Below the pieces are notes generated by a model that was given only the letters and a program-made list of their open reading frames with translations, did not search any database and was not told where the DNA came from. From NCBI GenBank assembly GCA_032718475.1, contig JAUCBJ010008826.1, positions 1-64,000 on the forward strand: a stretch of DNA of 64,000 nucleotides, given 5' to 3'. Of the stretch, positions 63,001 through 64,000 are shown in pieces; positions within the stretch are counted from its first letter, which is position 1, and the number at the start of each line of letters is the position of its first letter. The DNA comes from Nemertoderma westbladi. Lineage: Eukaryota > Animalia > Xenacoelomorpha. Position numbers and translations under genes: made by a program.

Positions 63001-63998
63001 ATGTCCAATAAACTTTAACGCCATTAACTTGGAGATCCTTCCAAGCACTCGATGAGGAATCTAAGTTTCTCTCCGTTAGATAGCACAGAGTTCTGTATGT
63101 TATCTTTGTAGTATTCATTAAAAGGTAACCATTTCATCTCATCTCCATTGAACTTGACGATCTCTCCCACCTTTACCGCTTGACGGGCTTCGGTTCTAGC
63201 CATTTGACGTGTAAAACTTTCTTGGGCCATCGTATTATTTAATATCGAGTTATCGGTATATAAATTTCTCGGATTATTATCAGGTCTATATGGAATATCA
63301 TTGTCAACAGGTTTATAATTACCCTTAATAGGGTTTTCTATAGGAGTTTCTACTTCACTAGCAGTATAGATGTGTGTAGGCTCCACACCTTGCACATGAA
63401 ATACTTCAGACCTAACAGGTTGACACATTGTTACTGGGGTTGGTGGTATACCCCTTTGGGTATTTACTAATTTATCTCTCTCTAATGCGATACTCTGCTG
63501 CACTTCTTGCAACTCTAACCTACTTTCCCTTACCGTGCCCTTGAACTGCTGAACAGTTCCTTCCATCTCCCGGACCTGCTGAGAGGAGCACTTACGGTGT
63601 TCCATCAGCTGCCCGAGCAGGAGACCCATCTCCCGTCGTCCCTCAGCTACCCACTCGACCGCCGAAGCGGGAGTCGCCAACGTAGTAGCGGGCGAGCGAG
63701 AGACGACGGGCGATAAATTCTTGATATCTCGCTCAGCGTCCAGGACGGGTTCGGACTCGTGAACAGTCCTACTGGGCATAGGTAGTTTAGTACTGTGCAA
63801 AGGGAATTTAGAGGTAGGTTCTGGGAGTACAGGTGTCTCTATCACCGAAGGGGTGGCTTCGAGAACAGGCCTAATTATTTCAGGCTCATCTACTATAGTA
63901 GGGAGTCTTTCTATTTTAATTATTTGGTCTATGGGTTCTGTACTACCTAAGTCTGTGCAAGCTAGTTGCCTTCTAACAGCTGGGGGCAAGTCAGGCAA
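57033..63998 (-). pseudogene. BEL/Pao gag-pol (Gag, protease, RT, RNase H, integrase) with stops and frameshifts
   Basis: BEL triple knuckle; LLDSGS; RT MFLQV..LRFLW..IYMDDNL; RNase H LHVFGDAS, VPRAELKAA, YWTDA, QWRHCPGTINPADIASRG; integrase H..LYHAG..CIPC, TGVDLFGP, RSDKGTNF; C-terminal WQTGRI...DGLVRSVEL. Confidence 0.95.
61125..61885 (-). repeat. ~380-bp tandem duplication of the protease region in copy 3
   Basis: 61125-61504 is nearly identical to 61506-61885, and LLDSGS occurs twice. Confidence 0.92.
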
Positions 63999-64000
63999 TT

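Larger units (their letters stand above)
49910..64000 (-). mobile_element. BEL/Pao LTR retrotransposon copy 3 (3' LTR, extra ORF, pol, most of gag); 5' end lies outside the window
   Basis: LTR at 49910-51062; domain order gag-PR-RT-RH-IN-extra ORF. Confidence 0.96.

Overview
AT-rich animal (probably invertebrate) genomic DNA made mostly of nested mobile elements, with no prokaryotic features. (1) There are four pieces of one BEL/Pao-type LTR retrotransposon family: a 3' portion (1-3723, +), a solo LTR (17598-18783, -, TSD CATAG), a full-length but internally deleted copy (20356-34503, +, TSD CATCG) and a near-complete gag-pol copy that runs off the window (49910-64000, -). The family has two unusual traits. 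It carries a ~1400-aa extra ORF in the env position with a WRN/EXD/Mut-7-like DEDDy 3'-5' exonuclease-type domain, CCHC knuckles and a basic tail. It also has no tRNA PBS: the 14 nt after the 5' LTR are perfectly complementary to a conserved motif inside its own LTR, which suggests Tf1-like self-priming. (2) A Polinton/Maverick-like non-autonomous element (15855-37834) has AGTAGT termini, a 6-bp near-TSD and ~1.9-kb TIRs holding palindromic minisatellites and a Pol III-type cassette. Its single acidic/helical-repeat gene was split by the LTR insertion. (3) Also present are RTE-like and CRE-like LINE remnants, tRNA-derived SINEs, MITEs and satellites. (4) Three phase-0 exons of an unidentified minus-strand host gene are visible, and its introns contain much of the left and central window. 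All domain calls come from motif recognition by eye; no searches were run.
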